64,000 nt of DNA, taken from NCBI GenBank assembly GCA_000165425.1, contig CT868028.1, forward strand, positions 176,835 through 240,834. Direction: 5' to 3'. Below, one piece after another: positions 41,747 to 57,220 of the stretch (its first letter is position 1; every line of letters begins with the position of its first letter). The notes beneath the pieces were generated by a model. That model was given only the letters and a program-made list of their open reading frames with translations, ran no database searches and was not told the DNA's origin. The DNA comes from Paramecium tetraurelia (taxonomy: Eukaryota). The position numbers were made by a program, and so were the translations under genes.

Positions 41747-42588
41747 ATGTTTTCAGAAGCAACCAAGGAAGCAAAATAAGATTAATTGGTTCCTCAATTA
41801 AATCAGACTCCCAGTAGCACATTCTTTGTATACAATTGTTACATACCTGTTGTCTAAGATTTTATGAATCAGCCTCCCACATTGCAGGTTCGAAATTCAA
41901 GTAAGTTTGTCTTGAGCATTCTAGGTGAATCTTTCCCGTAGATATTGAAATAAACAGACAGTTTACAAATGGGACATCTCGGAGGAGGGATGTCAATTCC
42001 AAGTTTTTAATTTGGAGCATCCACTCCTTTTATTAATGCAGAGGATGTTATGAGGAATGTTCAACCGCAAACTACTCAGAATCATTTCGCATCATTCATT
42101 TTAAATGAACAACTCAAACCGTAGAATCAGCCCTAAAAAAATAGAATTATTGAGGGAACACAAATTATGTGTGACATTGAAATTGTACTCATTTCTCGTT
42201 ATTTCGATATGAAGGCTACTGTAATTGATTTGTGCGATTAAGATAGGTTTTTTGCTCTCCTAACAATAAATACAATTTGAAGGATGACACCTCCATTTCG
42301 AATTCCGAGTGGCTTAAAGATCGAATGTCCTACAGATACAAGAAACCCGTATAATTATATATATCAATAAACTAGATCAAGGAATCTTTCTGCGATATGA
42401 TTGAGGTCATACAAAAGGAAGGCGAGGCAAATATGAAGGGAATCATCCAACCAGTTAAATTCTAATAAAATGGTTTCGATTCTATAGAACGGCAAGTGCC
42501 CAAAAGTGTGAAAGTAGAAAAGCCCTTCTCCCTTTTCATTTTAGAAATACAGCAACTCATTTCTTCATTTCTATTTAATACCTATTGA
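41747..42588 (+). CDS. Hypothetical protein
   Basis: MFSEATKEAKQDQLVPQL...; frame restored by short GT-AG introns; TGA at 42586-42588. Confidence 0.55.
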
Positions 42589-42820
42589 AAAAATTGAACT
42601 GAATGTTGTTTAAATGTTTATATGTTCCTTATTTCAACCATTTTCCATAAATTATTTAATCATAATGCACCGATAATGTTTCAACATTCCATATTATCCA
42701 AAATGACTTATTAATTATAAAATTTATATTTATAATAATTCTTAGAAACAACTGTCATTTGTAAATTAAAATTAAAATATTATTGTAATTAAATATATAT
42801 ATATATTTATATATCTCTAA

Positions 42821-43511
42821 TCAACCCCATCTATACATTCCAGGTGGATAGAATGGACGTGCTATCATTTTATCAGAAGCTTGGTAATTCTTGATTGCTG
42901 GCAAATTTGCAAAGCTCTCATTATGATTCTTTAATCCCACAAGAGTTGCGAAGGCTTCTGGTTTGTAGTTTCTTAAAATTTCTTCTGCTTCAAAAAGTTG
43001 AAAATCAATGTAAGTCAAATTGTCTCCTACAGCCCATTTACGATTCTCCAAGAATTTACTAAGTTTCTCAGCTATCCAGAACACCAGTTGATTGAATTAA
43101 TCCTCCTTCTTTGCTTCATATTGGTCTTCAGGGATTGTGAATAATGTAATCAGACCTTTGAACAGGTCTTACAGAACTCCTCTCACGGATGCCAGAGTGA
43201 CCTATTCCTTTTGGTTTTGACCTAACAACTCTGGTTTATTGGCTCTGTAAGCCAAATAAACATAGAGTGCTTGGCTCTCAAAAACTAATTCGTCTCCATC
43301 CTTAATGTAGGGTAAGTTCACTAGGACATGCTGATTGAGAGGGGCAGAGGTGACATCAGCAAACCATTCTTCTGGTTTGTAATATCTCTTTTCCTCGTAA
43401 GGTAATCCTAGGTACTCCAAATAGAATCTCACTATAAATAGTGATTGTATATTTACATGGTTAAGCAAGACCTCTGATAGCCCAATATCCCAAGACAACT
43501 TTGTCTCCCAT
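42821..43511 (-). CDS. Glutathione S-transferase, mu-class-like
   Basis: VLGYWAIRGLAQP|LRFYLEY..NLPYIKDG..ESQA..WAVGDNLTYIDF. Confidence 0.92.
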
Positions 43512-43637
43512 ATTTTAATTAAATTATTAACCTGATTTAATTTTAAGGAGAGAGTATTTATAGTGCAAATTGCCTTATAGATTTGGAATATTCTATAATT
43601 TAATAACCCCAAAAATAGTTATTAATTATATTTTAAT

Positions 43638-44163
43638 ATGATGTAGAATAATTAATAATAATAGGCTAAAAAAGTGATAGGTGCCACTTTAATTTTGGAA
43701 GAGAAATTTAGCTTATATTTGGGGGATTTGGATGATGCACAGAATAAGGTATTTTCTGAAGTGTGATAGTGTTAAGCAATGGCTAAGTTAGCAGAAAATA
43801 GGGTGTGTGATAACTGTTGCAAATGGCTAACCTGTCAGTTATTACGACAACAAAATCAAACATCACTATTACTTTATAGACGATAAAGCAGATTTTAAAA
43901 TATAAAAATATTTTTCAAAAGTTTTTCATGACATCGAAAGAGAGATCCAAACTACTAATGTGTTGAGTAAATTACTAAATTAATTTTTAGTTCATTGCGC
44001 AGCTGGGATTTCTCGATCTGCTACTTTTGTCATTGCATATTTAATTATGAAGAAGGGAATGTCGTACAAATAAGCCTTTAATCATGTGAAAAGTAGAAGA
44101 CCTATGATTCGACCGAATCCAGGCTTTATAACTGTACTTGAATCTTTAGAATAAAAATAATGA
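43638..44163 (+). CDS. Dual-specificity protein phosphatase
   Basis: LYLGDLDDA..IDDK..VLIHCAAGISRSATFVIAYL..RPNPGF; two introns. Confidence 0.92.
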
Positions 44164-44171
44164 AAAATGAT

Positions 44172-44348
44172 TCATTAAATTATACAAAGCCCATATTCAC
44201 GTTCCTTGCCAAATTCCACGATTTTCTCAAATTCATCATTGTCTGGAATTTCAACCAATTTGGCATCAATCTTGGTTACATATTTGGACTCCTTGATATA
44301 GCTCTTGCTCTCTGCTTGGATAGCCATTTAAGATGAGTTCTATTGCAT
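44172..44348 (-). CDS. 58-aa protein ending in a CaaX prenylation motif
   Basis: MQQNSSQMAIQAESKSYIKESKYVTKIDAKLVEIPDNDEFEKIVEFGKEREYGLCIIQ-TGA. Confidence 0.7.
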
Positions 44349-44380
44349 TAATTATTAATATATATTAAATAACCCCTTAA

Positions 44381-45471
<1,091 letters not shown>

Positions 45472-45588
45472 TATTTTAATTTATATAAATTTCCATATAT
45501 TCCAAACTAAATGCCTCTAATATGTGATAAACCTCCTTTCATCATAGCACGAATTTAAAATGAGAATTTAAGTTATCATTAGAAATAT

Positions 45589-46645
<1,057 letters not shown>

Positions 46646-46794
46646 TTATAAATAAAAAAAATAATAGTATTTAAATGAAATTCTGATAAGTAATGCTTCC
46701 CTAAATTACTATTATTAACATATTCTAATTCAAATATACTATGACTCATTTTGATTATATAAATAATTTCAAAAATATATAGGTTTGCTTATAA

Positions 46795-48330
46795 TCAATA
46801 TACATTTTGACAAAGAACACAATCAGCGCTCTCTTTTTGTTGATCCTCGAAACACTTTATATGAAAAACATGCAAACACTAAAGTTAAGCCTATTTTTCA
46901 AAATCTAGAAAATTCAAACCACATATAGCACATTAACGTTCTTCTAAATTCATAATTTATCTCTATTCAAAATACTTCACTTTAAATAATTTGTTTGAAA
47001 ATTCTTATTATGGTTCTGAAGGTAATTCTTAATTATTGCCTTAATTTAACAGTTCTGGTATTGCAACTTATTCTTCTCTCTCTATATAATCTTACTGTTA
47101 ATCATTCAAATTAGTTGTTTATTGAATTTTCAAAGTTAATATTCTATCTAAGTAAAGATCTGCATCATTAATAATAATGCCCTTACCACACTTAAGATTA
47201 GGACATCTCAAATAAGTTTATTTTGAAGCCAAATCTTCTAGACAAGAGGCACAAATGTAATGAAAACATTAATTTTGAAATAAAAGGCTTTCATTAATCA
47301 ATTCTTTGCATTTACAGCATTACTAATCTTGATTTTTATTAGGTTTATATAACGCCAATTTTACATAATCTACTTAAATATAATATCCACATTATAAACA
47401 GATAAATTAATTTCGAAATTCACACTATTTTAAAGCGCATTCTTTGCAATAATAATGTTAACATGGAGTTTATATAACTTAATTCTATTCAAAACCTTTT
47501 TTACAATGAGCACATTTCTATATAGCATCCTAATTTTGTTATTTAGTTTTCATGTCTATCAAATAACTTTTGCTTTAGATCTCTTTTTATCCTTAAATAG
47601 TATTCTTACTGCAATTATTGTTTTGATATTCTTTTTAGAGATTCGAATAGAATGATTTGTATATGTATTCTGTACATCCAAGGAGATTACATGTAATATA
47701 TTATACTGATTTTGATTGCTCAAATTGTTTCTAAATACAATTATAACACATTTAATGTTAACATTTTAAATCAATTAAATTGATTTTATTTTTGCATAAA
47801 TGGCATTTTTTTTCAATTTGTGTCAAGATAAGGTAGTATTTTTCTTGATATTTGTATAAAATGATTTTATTAATTCCTCCATAAGTTTCAATACCATATA
47901 ATTATTATGAATTCGAATTTGGTTGTTCAATTACAATAAACTAGACCTTAAAAGTGTCGCTTAAAAACTTAAACTAATCTGAAGGGCATGTTTTGAAATT
48001 ATATCTGAAATATGATTTAATGACATCCTTAAAACATTAACCTTTAGGGTCTTATATTTTGACTTCTTCTATAAATGATTTAAATCTATTAGGTTTGTTT
48101 TTAGAATTATTGAGTAATGTATTAATTTTTTACATTGCCTAATTTTATTAATTAGACCAAAGTAATTATGATTAGATTATCTAAACTTAGTTGACTTTAA
48201 TATGATACTCTATTAATCCTACAAGCATTGCCTCTTCTATTAACTATCCAACACAAATCCAATTTGTAAAGTTAGAAAAAGCTTTCAGATTGCTAGGAAT
48301 ACGAGTTATTTCATATTATCTTTAATTCAT
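46795..48330 (-). CDS. Protein with four RING fingers
   Basis: CHLC..CQH..CYNC..C; CAHC..CQH..CKEC..CLQC; CCKC..CFH..CASC..CP; CAIC..CLHVFHIKC..CVLC. Confidence 0.75.
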
Positions 48331-49462
48331 TTTATTATTTTATTTTATAGTATGATTCCAAATATAATGATGAAAGATCAATTTATTGAACAAAATTATT
48401 AAAGAATGAATAAAATGCAAATAATTATTCTACAACTTGTACATTAACTAATAATGCAAAATAAATGAAAATATGAAAAAATCTAAATTGTCTATTCGAC
48501 ACCCTATTTTTAAACCTATATGTAGTGGCAATAAAACTCAAATAAATTCATTTTAATTACATATATTAAGTAGTTTTCTACTTTTTTTGAGATTAAAGAA
48601 ATTTCTTTTAACTATTATTTATTCTTTTAGAAATATCCATAAGAAAATATAATTACTATGTATTACAATATTCAATCAAGATTTTGGTGATTTTCATTCG
48701 CCAAAGCCATTCTCACAAATCATACTCTTTGAATTTATTTGATATAACTTAAAGTAGATGTGAATATAAATAATAATGACTTTTTGAGTAAGTAAAGAAT
48801 TAATCTTAATTTTTTGTTAAATCTATAATTTATAATAGGATGCTGGAATTTTATATTAATTGAATTATTCATATGCTCTCTAAAGGATATCTATTGCTGA
48901 ATAAAGTCAAATATTAAATTAGATATAATTATAAAAATTCTATTACTCTATTGATAGCAAGAATAAATTAGACTTATTGATTATCTTAAAAAATTAATAT
49001 TTTATAAGACAAATGGTGAAATTATTAGAAAATCATTTAATTGAAAATCATTGTCATTAATCTAAACGAATGAATTACAAATATGAATAAGGATTTTGAA
49101 GTATTTTAACACAATATTAATAGAATTAGGTAAGAAGATTGTTTTATAATAATTTTTTTATTTTACTAAATATCTAATAAACTATTCTAATTTTATTTAG
49201 AAAAGTTAATCAATGAATTTTTAATAGCTTATTATTATGTAATTATATTTAATAATTTGTAATTAATTCTCCTTAAACTTAATATTAAATCTATGTTTTT
49301 TTTTTGACTTTTATTTTTAGTTTCAATAAAATTTGATTTTCCATCAAGAATGCTATTTTACTTGGGTATAATAATATTGGTAAAATCTTTTAAAGATAAC
49401 TGATTAATACCTGTATTGATTACAAAGTTGTGTTATGATAAAGAGAATATTAGAATTAATTA

Positions 49463-50176
49463 ATGCAATCCATAATAAAATCCTCTATAAAAAATAATCC
49501 CATAACAGGGAATACTGTTTGTAAAATTAACAATAGAGGTAAAAGAACCTTCACTACACATGATCATATTTAGAGTTCATGCGTTGTTAAGGGTACTCCT
49601 TTGAATAAAACTCCTAACAGACACAAAATCCCAGATCATTCAAATGACCATTTCTACCCCTAAAATAGTTCATCTTCTAATAGAAATTTGAGAAAGAGCT
49701 TAAGTACATTTCAACCGAAAGAAAATATTAAGGATCCTCTTAGTAGAAAGATTTCTAATATTTATGGATAGGAAATAAAAATTACACGTTCGCCAATAAA
49801 ATAGTAATAGCAATCAGAAACGATATCTCCCTAGAAAAGAAGAATATTGGATAATAGGAGTTCACACGTTGATTAAAATGATGTTTATGAAGTGAATCTC
49901 AATTATAATAAGGAAAAATCACTGCCATCAGATGTCGATTGGTTCTATGTTGATACAATCAAACATAGACATGATTATAAAATTGAGTAACCAAATCCTA
50001 ATCGTTCCTCATATAAAGATCAAAGAAGCGTATTAGATTTACATAATAATAACATTCCAAAAAACAACTATTACTAAAAGTAGAATGAAAAGTTGTCTAA
50101 AAAATAAGAAGTTGCACTTTAATATACTTATCTGAGAGCAGTTAAACGATCAGAATTGGTCATGAAGAAAAAATGA
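49463..50176 (+). CDS. Hypothetical basic low-complexity protein (237 aa)
   Basis: Intronless table-6 ORF from ATG to TGA. Confidence 0.6.
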
Positions 50177-50434
50177 TATTCACTATATTATTTATTAACT
50201 GAACTTGTATGAAAATAAGTTAATTAAATTGTATATTTTCATCTGTAGGCTCCAAGTATACTTAGACATTCTTGATTAGGTTTTCTCTTTGGAAGATATT
50301 ACATTCGATGTATCATTATCTTATGTTTCTCTAATTAAAATGGAATATTTTATTATAACTAGTTATATTTTTAAATTAGTATTCTATTTATGACAAAGAT
50401 ATTATTTAATAAATTTTTAATATATAATTTAGTA

Positions 50435-52555
50435 TCATAGTAGACTGAATAATGGAAGATCAGTTAGTAGATTATTAAATAACAACACTGACTCACATTT
50501 TTTTTGGAAATATTTCTTAACATTTCTTTCTAAAGATTCTAATCCATAAACATTTTAAAAGACCTTCAAAAAATCACTATTTCTTTTAATTTTCATATTT
50601 ATTAATTATTTTCTTTAGTATGATGTTAACACTTCGAATGAAACATCTGATTATAAATAATTTGAAATAGGATCTGATCCTGATGCCAAATTCAAATACA
50701 TAATTCTATTCTCTATTAGTTAAAGCGAAGAATTCTCTAATAAATCAATATTATTTTCATATATCGAATTATCATATCTTTTCTATTATTTTTTATTGGT
50801 CTTATAATCTTTTTAAACTATTGTTTCTAATACAGAAGGTTTGCATTTATGTGATTTTTTACAGCAACACAATTTCTTTCTGTAACTTAGACAAGTCAGA
50901 CAGATTATAAGAAATATAAATGTAATTCCAAGGACAGTAAAAAATGTTATAATCTAAGAATTACAGTCGTTAAAAATATAACAAGTTATGTCCAAAAAGA
51001 CTGAGCAATCTGAATAACAATTATCTTATGATTCATCTGAGGCAAGAACTTCATTGTCTTTTATGTTTTATTCTTCATGATTTTATTCACTTTCATGTTA
51101 AATTTCAGTCGTATTAAATTCTATTTATTTCTAATCCAAAAGTGTACCTTTATTGTTCAACAAACTGAAAGTGCAAATATTAGATTTATTCATATCACTC
51201 AATACATTTACATCTTTCTTTACAATATAGCTTTCCAATGGTTTTAAATATAAAGCTGCTGAATTTATAGGAATTACATTAATCGAACAATTTAAATAAG
51301 TATTAAACTCACTTTCAATATCCCCAACATTTGTGATTTAAGCATAAAGCAATCCATTTCCAGACTTTGCTTCAAAGTCTTATATTTCTGCTAAATCTAT
51401 TTTACCCTTCCCTAAATTAACTACATAAGATATCAGACCAGTTGTAGTTATCTCCAGAGTTATCATGGTTTACATAGAACCCTCTACACTGTACTACAAA
51501 TAAGTCTCATTATTCAAATAAATCGACTTAAATTTCCCATATCTTGATAATAAATATTTAGGCTATGAATTATTAGCAATTAATGCTTGATCTTCTATAT
51601 AAAAATCTTCCAATTAGTTCTTTAAACAAGACTTCACTTATTTCTTACATCTCTCCGCCTCTGTACGAAAGGCACTATAAGATACTCCTATCTTATTACA
51701 CTCACCCCGACCGACTTAATCCTTGGAAACTATCATAAATGCAGCTGAACCTGCCTAAACTCTGGCATGGCTGTTTGGTGAAGATGGTCTCATAAAGTAA
51801 AATGATTCCAAAGAAGGAGGAGGATTTAAAGGTGTGAAGTCTCCAATAATTCTACCAATCAAAGTTTTGCCTTAAACTACTTTTACTTCACTCCCCAATT
51901 ATAGTTCCTCTTATTCTTAATTAGAATAAGTGATTGAAATTGTTATATTATAATATATGCTATAAGTGGATATCTCATAAGCACTTAATATTTACAATAT
52001 TCATTACCTATACCATAAAGTTGAATATCTAAGACAGAAGGCCATTGTTGCAGTAGTCAATCCAGCCTTATGGCATATGTTTCCTCTAGCAAATTCATCA
52101 CTAAGACCGATTAAATCAAGAATACCACAAGAACAACAGAATCCTTGACTATCAAATATTTTCTCTTTTTTTTCATATTGGAATCCACAAGTAGGGGAAT
52201 TTGAATACCAACTATCATCACATGATAAAATTGCACCTGCTATTTTTACTTCATATGGTTGGCTATTATAATCTTCAGTATATTTTAATGGATAGAAAGC
52301 ATAAACTGGAGTTTTGGTTATTGAAATAATAATAGGTGTTTTAAGTTATGATGTTTAATTATCTATGGTTGTTTCGCTAATCTTAATATATTCTGTCACA
52401 GTATTTTAAGCATTCTCTACTGTAAGAGAGATAAGCATTTTCTCAGAACATTCAGTATTATTTGTTGAATTTGAATAGCATTTGTTTATTTGAGATTACG
52501 AAATAATCTCAGCCATAGACTTGAGTATTAAACTAGAGACAATTATCACTATCAT
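50435..52555 (-). CDS. HAP2: HAP2/GCS1 gamete membrane fusogen (~698 aa)
   Basis: Signal peptide; PTCG..DSQGFCCSC..RG..C..FCLRY..LWY; ECNKIGVSYSAFR; single transmembrane helix followed by a Cys/basic stretch (KKLCCCKK); 24-nt intron 51984-52007. Confidence 0.93.
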
Positions 52556-52868
52556 TTTATAATATTCATTTTTAGTTATGAAATTAAATAAATAAAACAA
52601 AATTTGAACTAAATTTGTAGTTAGACTTATAAAGCACAGTTATTTTATAAAATCAAAGTTGTTCTTCTAAATTCTCACAAGGATATCAAAGTATCAATAA
52701 AGAAATGAATTTATTTACAATCAATATAAACTCATTACTACTAATCCAATTGACTTTTGATAGTAATAATAATACTTAATATTAAAATATAATCTACTTT
52801 AGATTATATTATTTAAATAGTATAAAAACTGATTATTTATTTTTGTACAGGAAAGATAAATCAAAAAA

Positions 52869-53909
52869 TCATTGATTAATTCTTTCCAATTTTCCTCTAC
52901 AAATCGGACAAGTTTATCCCCCTTTTTATATCCAACAATCTATACACAGAGCATGAAATCTATGATTACAGTCGTATGTCTATGTTCTCAAAGGCAGGAA
53001 CTGCTGGCAAATAGGACAAAAAAAAGGAGGATATGTTACAGAGATGTAACTTGTAATTTTATGATATTTTTTTTCATGAAAATTTCTTTTTTGCTCCCTT
53101 AATTCCTTTTAGAGTAGTTTTTCTTAATAATCACTATCATCACTATGTAATTCTTCTTCTTCATCACTTGAAGAATAATTACTATCACTACTACTACTAC
53201 TAATACTACTGTCATTACTATTTAACCACTAGTAATTATCAGAATGAGAGTCGGAATCCGGATCAGATTCAGAGTCATGATCACTATTATGATTAAGAGT
53301 AGTGTCATTAAAGCCAAAAGAATAAATATCACCATTTGGATCAGGATCAAGATCATTTGTATTTGAAACTGAATCGAAACCTGAATCTGAATCCTAACTC
53401 TATTGATCTTAACTCGATTGATCTTAACTCTAATTCTTGATAAAAAAATTTTAAGAAAAATGAAAATGTCTTACTTCTTAGTCACTAATATCAATATCGA
53501 TAGAACTTTCCGAAAAATAGTCTTAAACTCCCTTGATTTGATCATCATTATCAACTTCATCTGGCTAAAAAATTTAAGGATCATCCTAGATAATTTCTTT
53601 ACGACTTTTCTTTCTGATAGTGCCTCCTTGTACTTGTACACATTACACATAGTGGCCAATTTAAAAGTTACCTTAATATGTATGGAATACCTATAAATGT
53701 TTTTCCTCCGAAGAGGTAAATGATTGTTCTTGTGTCATTTACTATTTAAGTCCCTAATCACTTCTTATCTGAGAGTTGTATTGCACATTCTGTTGAACAT
53801 AAACTCCATCATCCTCAAACTCAGAATTTTCTATAAATTAACTCTCCTTGCAGGTAGAGAAATGGTACATATTATAACCTTAGTCTTGAATTTATTCAAC
53901 GTTATTCAT
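52869..53909 (-). CDS. RING-H2 E3 ligase with an acidic Asp/Ser-rich region
   Basis: C-terminal CPIC..CNHRFHALCIDCWI..TCPICR. Confidence 0.8.
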
Positions 53910-54483
53910 AAAATTATTCAATTATCAATTCCATACTTCCTTAAATATAAGCGAAGATAGAACATTCTAGAAAAAAAAATTTTTTATTAATCTCATTATA
54001 ATAAACCAAATATAAAATCATATTAATCAAAAATTGCATCATATATTACACTAATTTTTATTAAATACACACCTGGAACCTATTAATATTTGAATTCTTG
54101 ATACATTTTAAATCATTCAATTCTTTCAAATAATTGAAAAAGAACAAACTAAATCTATAATTAATGAGTTTCTATTTGAAAATTAAGCAAGTTTATTATT
54201 AATAATTTAAGGTTTATTGTTTAAAAAAAAATAATATTTTTCAATTCTAAGAATTTTGATTTATACTACAATTCTATTTGTAATATACGATCTTAAATAA
54301 TAGTATTTTATTAATATAAATTTATAAGTAATAATATTAAAGATATTAGGTAAAATAAATCACAGCTATTTATTTTCTATTCTCTACTTTGATATTATTT
54401 AATATGAAATAGTGGAGGCAAGAACGAATTGGAATAAAATACTATAATCTTTATAATTGCTTAATATTTTGAATTTAAAATGC

Positions 54484-54851
54484 TCAAATTGCACCAACAA
54501 TTCTTGGAATAAATCCTTTAATTAGCTCAATAACAGGCATCATTCTTCCACCTGAAGGTCCCTAATCATCACCATTATTTTCATCGTCGGAATACTCTTC
54601 TTATTATTATAAAGTTTCATCGGAATCCTATTCTTTTTGAGTGGCTTCTTCGACATATTCACTTTCCTATAATAAATATTGGTTTAAGAGAGATCTGACA
54701 GGAATTGATTAAACTTTATTCTATGAATTGAGTGTATGATTACCTATTCAAAAAAGTAGACTTTATCATTCAAGGTGATTTCAGTGTCTGGGACAACACA
54801 AATAGCTTGTCTCATATTTTTTAGGAGTGTTGTAGACAAGCGTGCAATCAT
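54484..54851 (-). CDS. Small hypothetical protein, possible mitochondrial presequence
   Basis: MIARLSTTLLKNMRQAIC..., acidic middle section, one 23-nt intron. Confidence 0.55.
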
Positions 54852-54915
54852 TGATAAACTAAAGTTGATTAATTTATTTAATGGGTTTGATTAAAATATT
54901 ATATTATTTTGTTGT

Positions 54916-56352
54916 TCATTTTTTAATGGTAGCACCTTATTGCATGCTGGGTTGATAGGTGAAATTTGAAAAATTTTAATTCGGTAATAAGGTACCATTG
55001 ACAGGTGTGTCTTTAGCAATTTACTTGGTCATTCCTTCATCAAAGTACTTCAACTCCTTTTTGTCGAATTTATAAGGCGGTTGGATCTACATATATATGA
55101 TAGGGATTGATACTCTATGCTAAATGATTTCTGCCATATCGATGCCAATAAAGAAATCATGCTTCATGATATCATATCCATCATTTTCATATCCTAAACG
55201 TTTTTTTGGCTAAGAAAATGAAAAAGAAGTAAGTTACATCTACAACCAATAGTTACTCCAATATAGATCGAGCATTTTCAGATAAATATGAAGGATATGG
55301 TATCGGTTAAGTTAATATCCTGCGAATCATTTCCTTTTTGTTTTCTTTGTAATGAGGAGGGGCTCCAACTAGCATTTCATACAGCAAAGCTCCAAAACTC
55401 CACCAATCACAGGTCTTATCATAGCCAGTTTCTAAGGAAGGTGATAGGAATAATAAAAACTTGTGGTGAGTATTTCAGGAGCCAAATATTCGGGAGTTCC
55501 ACATAAGCTGAATGCAGTTTCGTCTTCTTCCATCATAATTTTGGAGAGACCGAAATCAGTCAATTTGATGTGACCAGTTTCATCAAGCAAAATGTTCTCT
55601 GGTTTAAGATCTCTGTAGATGATATGGTTTTCATGTAAATATTGTAATCCCAATAGGATTTCTGCTGCATAAAACTTAGCTACATCTTCCTTGAATCTTC
55701 CCACTTTTCTTAAATGATAAAATAGTTCTCCGCCTGGCATATAGTCTACAACAAGATACAATTTATATTATGATTAAAATGCATATCTCAATCTTACTAA
55801 AAAGATACTAGAACATGTTGCCAAAATAATTCTCTCAGTCTCCGTATGACGTTTTTATCTCTCATTCTTGATATTCTTCTTCTGCAACACCTTCATTGCG
55901 TAATATTTTGCTATCTCTAAATATATCCAATACAATTCGATTTATATTGAACCAACATAACCTTCCCGAAGGATCCCTTTCCCAACACCTTCAACAATCT
56001 GAAACTGTCGATATTGACTTTCTGAGTTTGCAAACCCTGTCCCTCAGGTTCTTATGTTTTTGATGCTATGTCCAATTATTTTGTATTTTCCTAAAATTCT
56101 AAGAAGCACAATCATACGTTGGACAATTTGATGAATTCATCTTTCTCCACTTACAATTCTGGGTCATCGGTCATCTCTGTTTAATTCTAATTTGTAATTT
56201 CGTTTGTCTAACCATCTCCACTAGCTCCATAATCGAAATGTGAATTTACGTTTAGGTTTCATTATTGATCCTTAGACTGATTCTGGTTTCTTGACTTCCT
56301 ATCCTCCCAATAATTTCTCCTCGTCGTAATCGCGATAACACATATTCCCCAT
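54916..56352 (-). CDS. AGC-family kinase (Akt/SGK/S6K-like) with an MGNMC acylation motif
   Basis: [32 protein letters not shown]-terminal FSNFTY hydrophobic motif. Confidence 0.92.
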
Positions 56353-56574
56353 ATTAATTAAAATACTTTATATTAATATTAAGTCATTCGAAACGAAGAA
56401 TAATAATTATAAGAGAACACAAAAAGGAGGGGATTATGATGTGCAATTTTAATGTATTCAAGTCGTCATTAAAATAATTATAAATATGGATTAATAGTTT
56501 GGCATCAGATTTAATAAAGATAAAGAATAAAATACAGTATTTTTGAGATATAATGAATGAATTTTATCATATAC

Positions 56575-57166
56575 TCAATTCAACTTTTTGAATTGCTCAA
56601 TTCGAGATTTCTATTAATGTATAAAATTCTTACTAATTGTTTTATGGAATAATCTTGTCTTCTGGTTAAACTATCCCTTTGATCAATTGCCTTTTACTTT
56701 TGTTATTTCTCCTCCATCAATTGATTCATTACAGATTGTATTTCTCCTCTTTGTATAAAATTATAAACCTTACTCTAATGACCTTTGAAGTTTTCTTGGA
56801 GACTGAGGCAACATAGTGTCGACCAATGAGTTTATGATCGACACCCTATCGCAAGGCATGGAGCACGAACGAATATGAAAAAACCTACTTGCCTGCCTTT
56901 CTTTATACTATTGTCGGATTTATTCAACTATGGCAATACATTGTTGGACCACATCCTAAGATTTATTAGAAACGGGTGAAACAACAGTCTAAATTTTAGT
57001 AGATGATCCATTCACTGTCGAAGATTATCTAGTCAGTTTCCTAATGAATTTATTTGGAGATGGTGCATCCTATCGAATTATGATGCTATTATACAGGATT
57101 AGTGCAACCAGAAGGTGGCCTAGTTGCAAACTCCATAATGTTCAATGAATTTCTCTTTTTGATCAT
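56575..57166 (-). CDS. Hypothetical protein with a C-terminal coiled-coil
   Basis: Frame restored by three short GT-AG introns; ends FKKLN-TGA. Confidence 0.6.
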
Positions 57167-57220
57167 TATTTTTTGTTTATGTAATAAATGTATCTGTTTA
57201 TATAATAATTAATAAATTGA

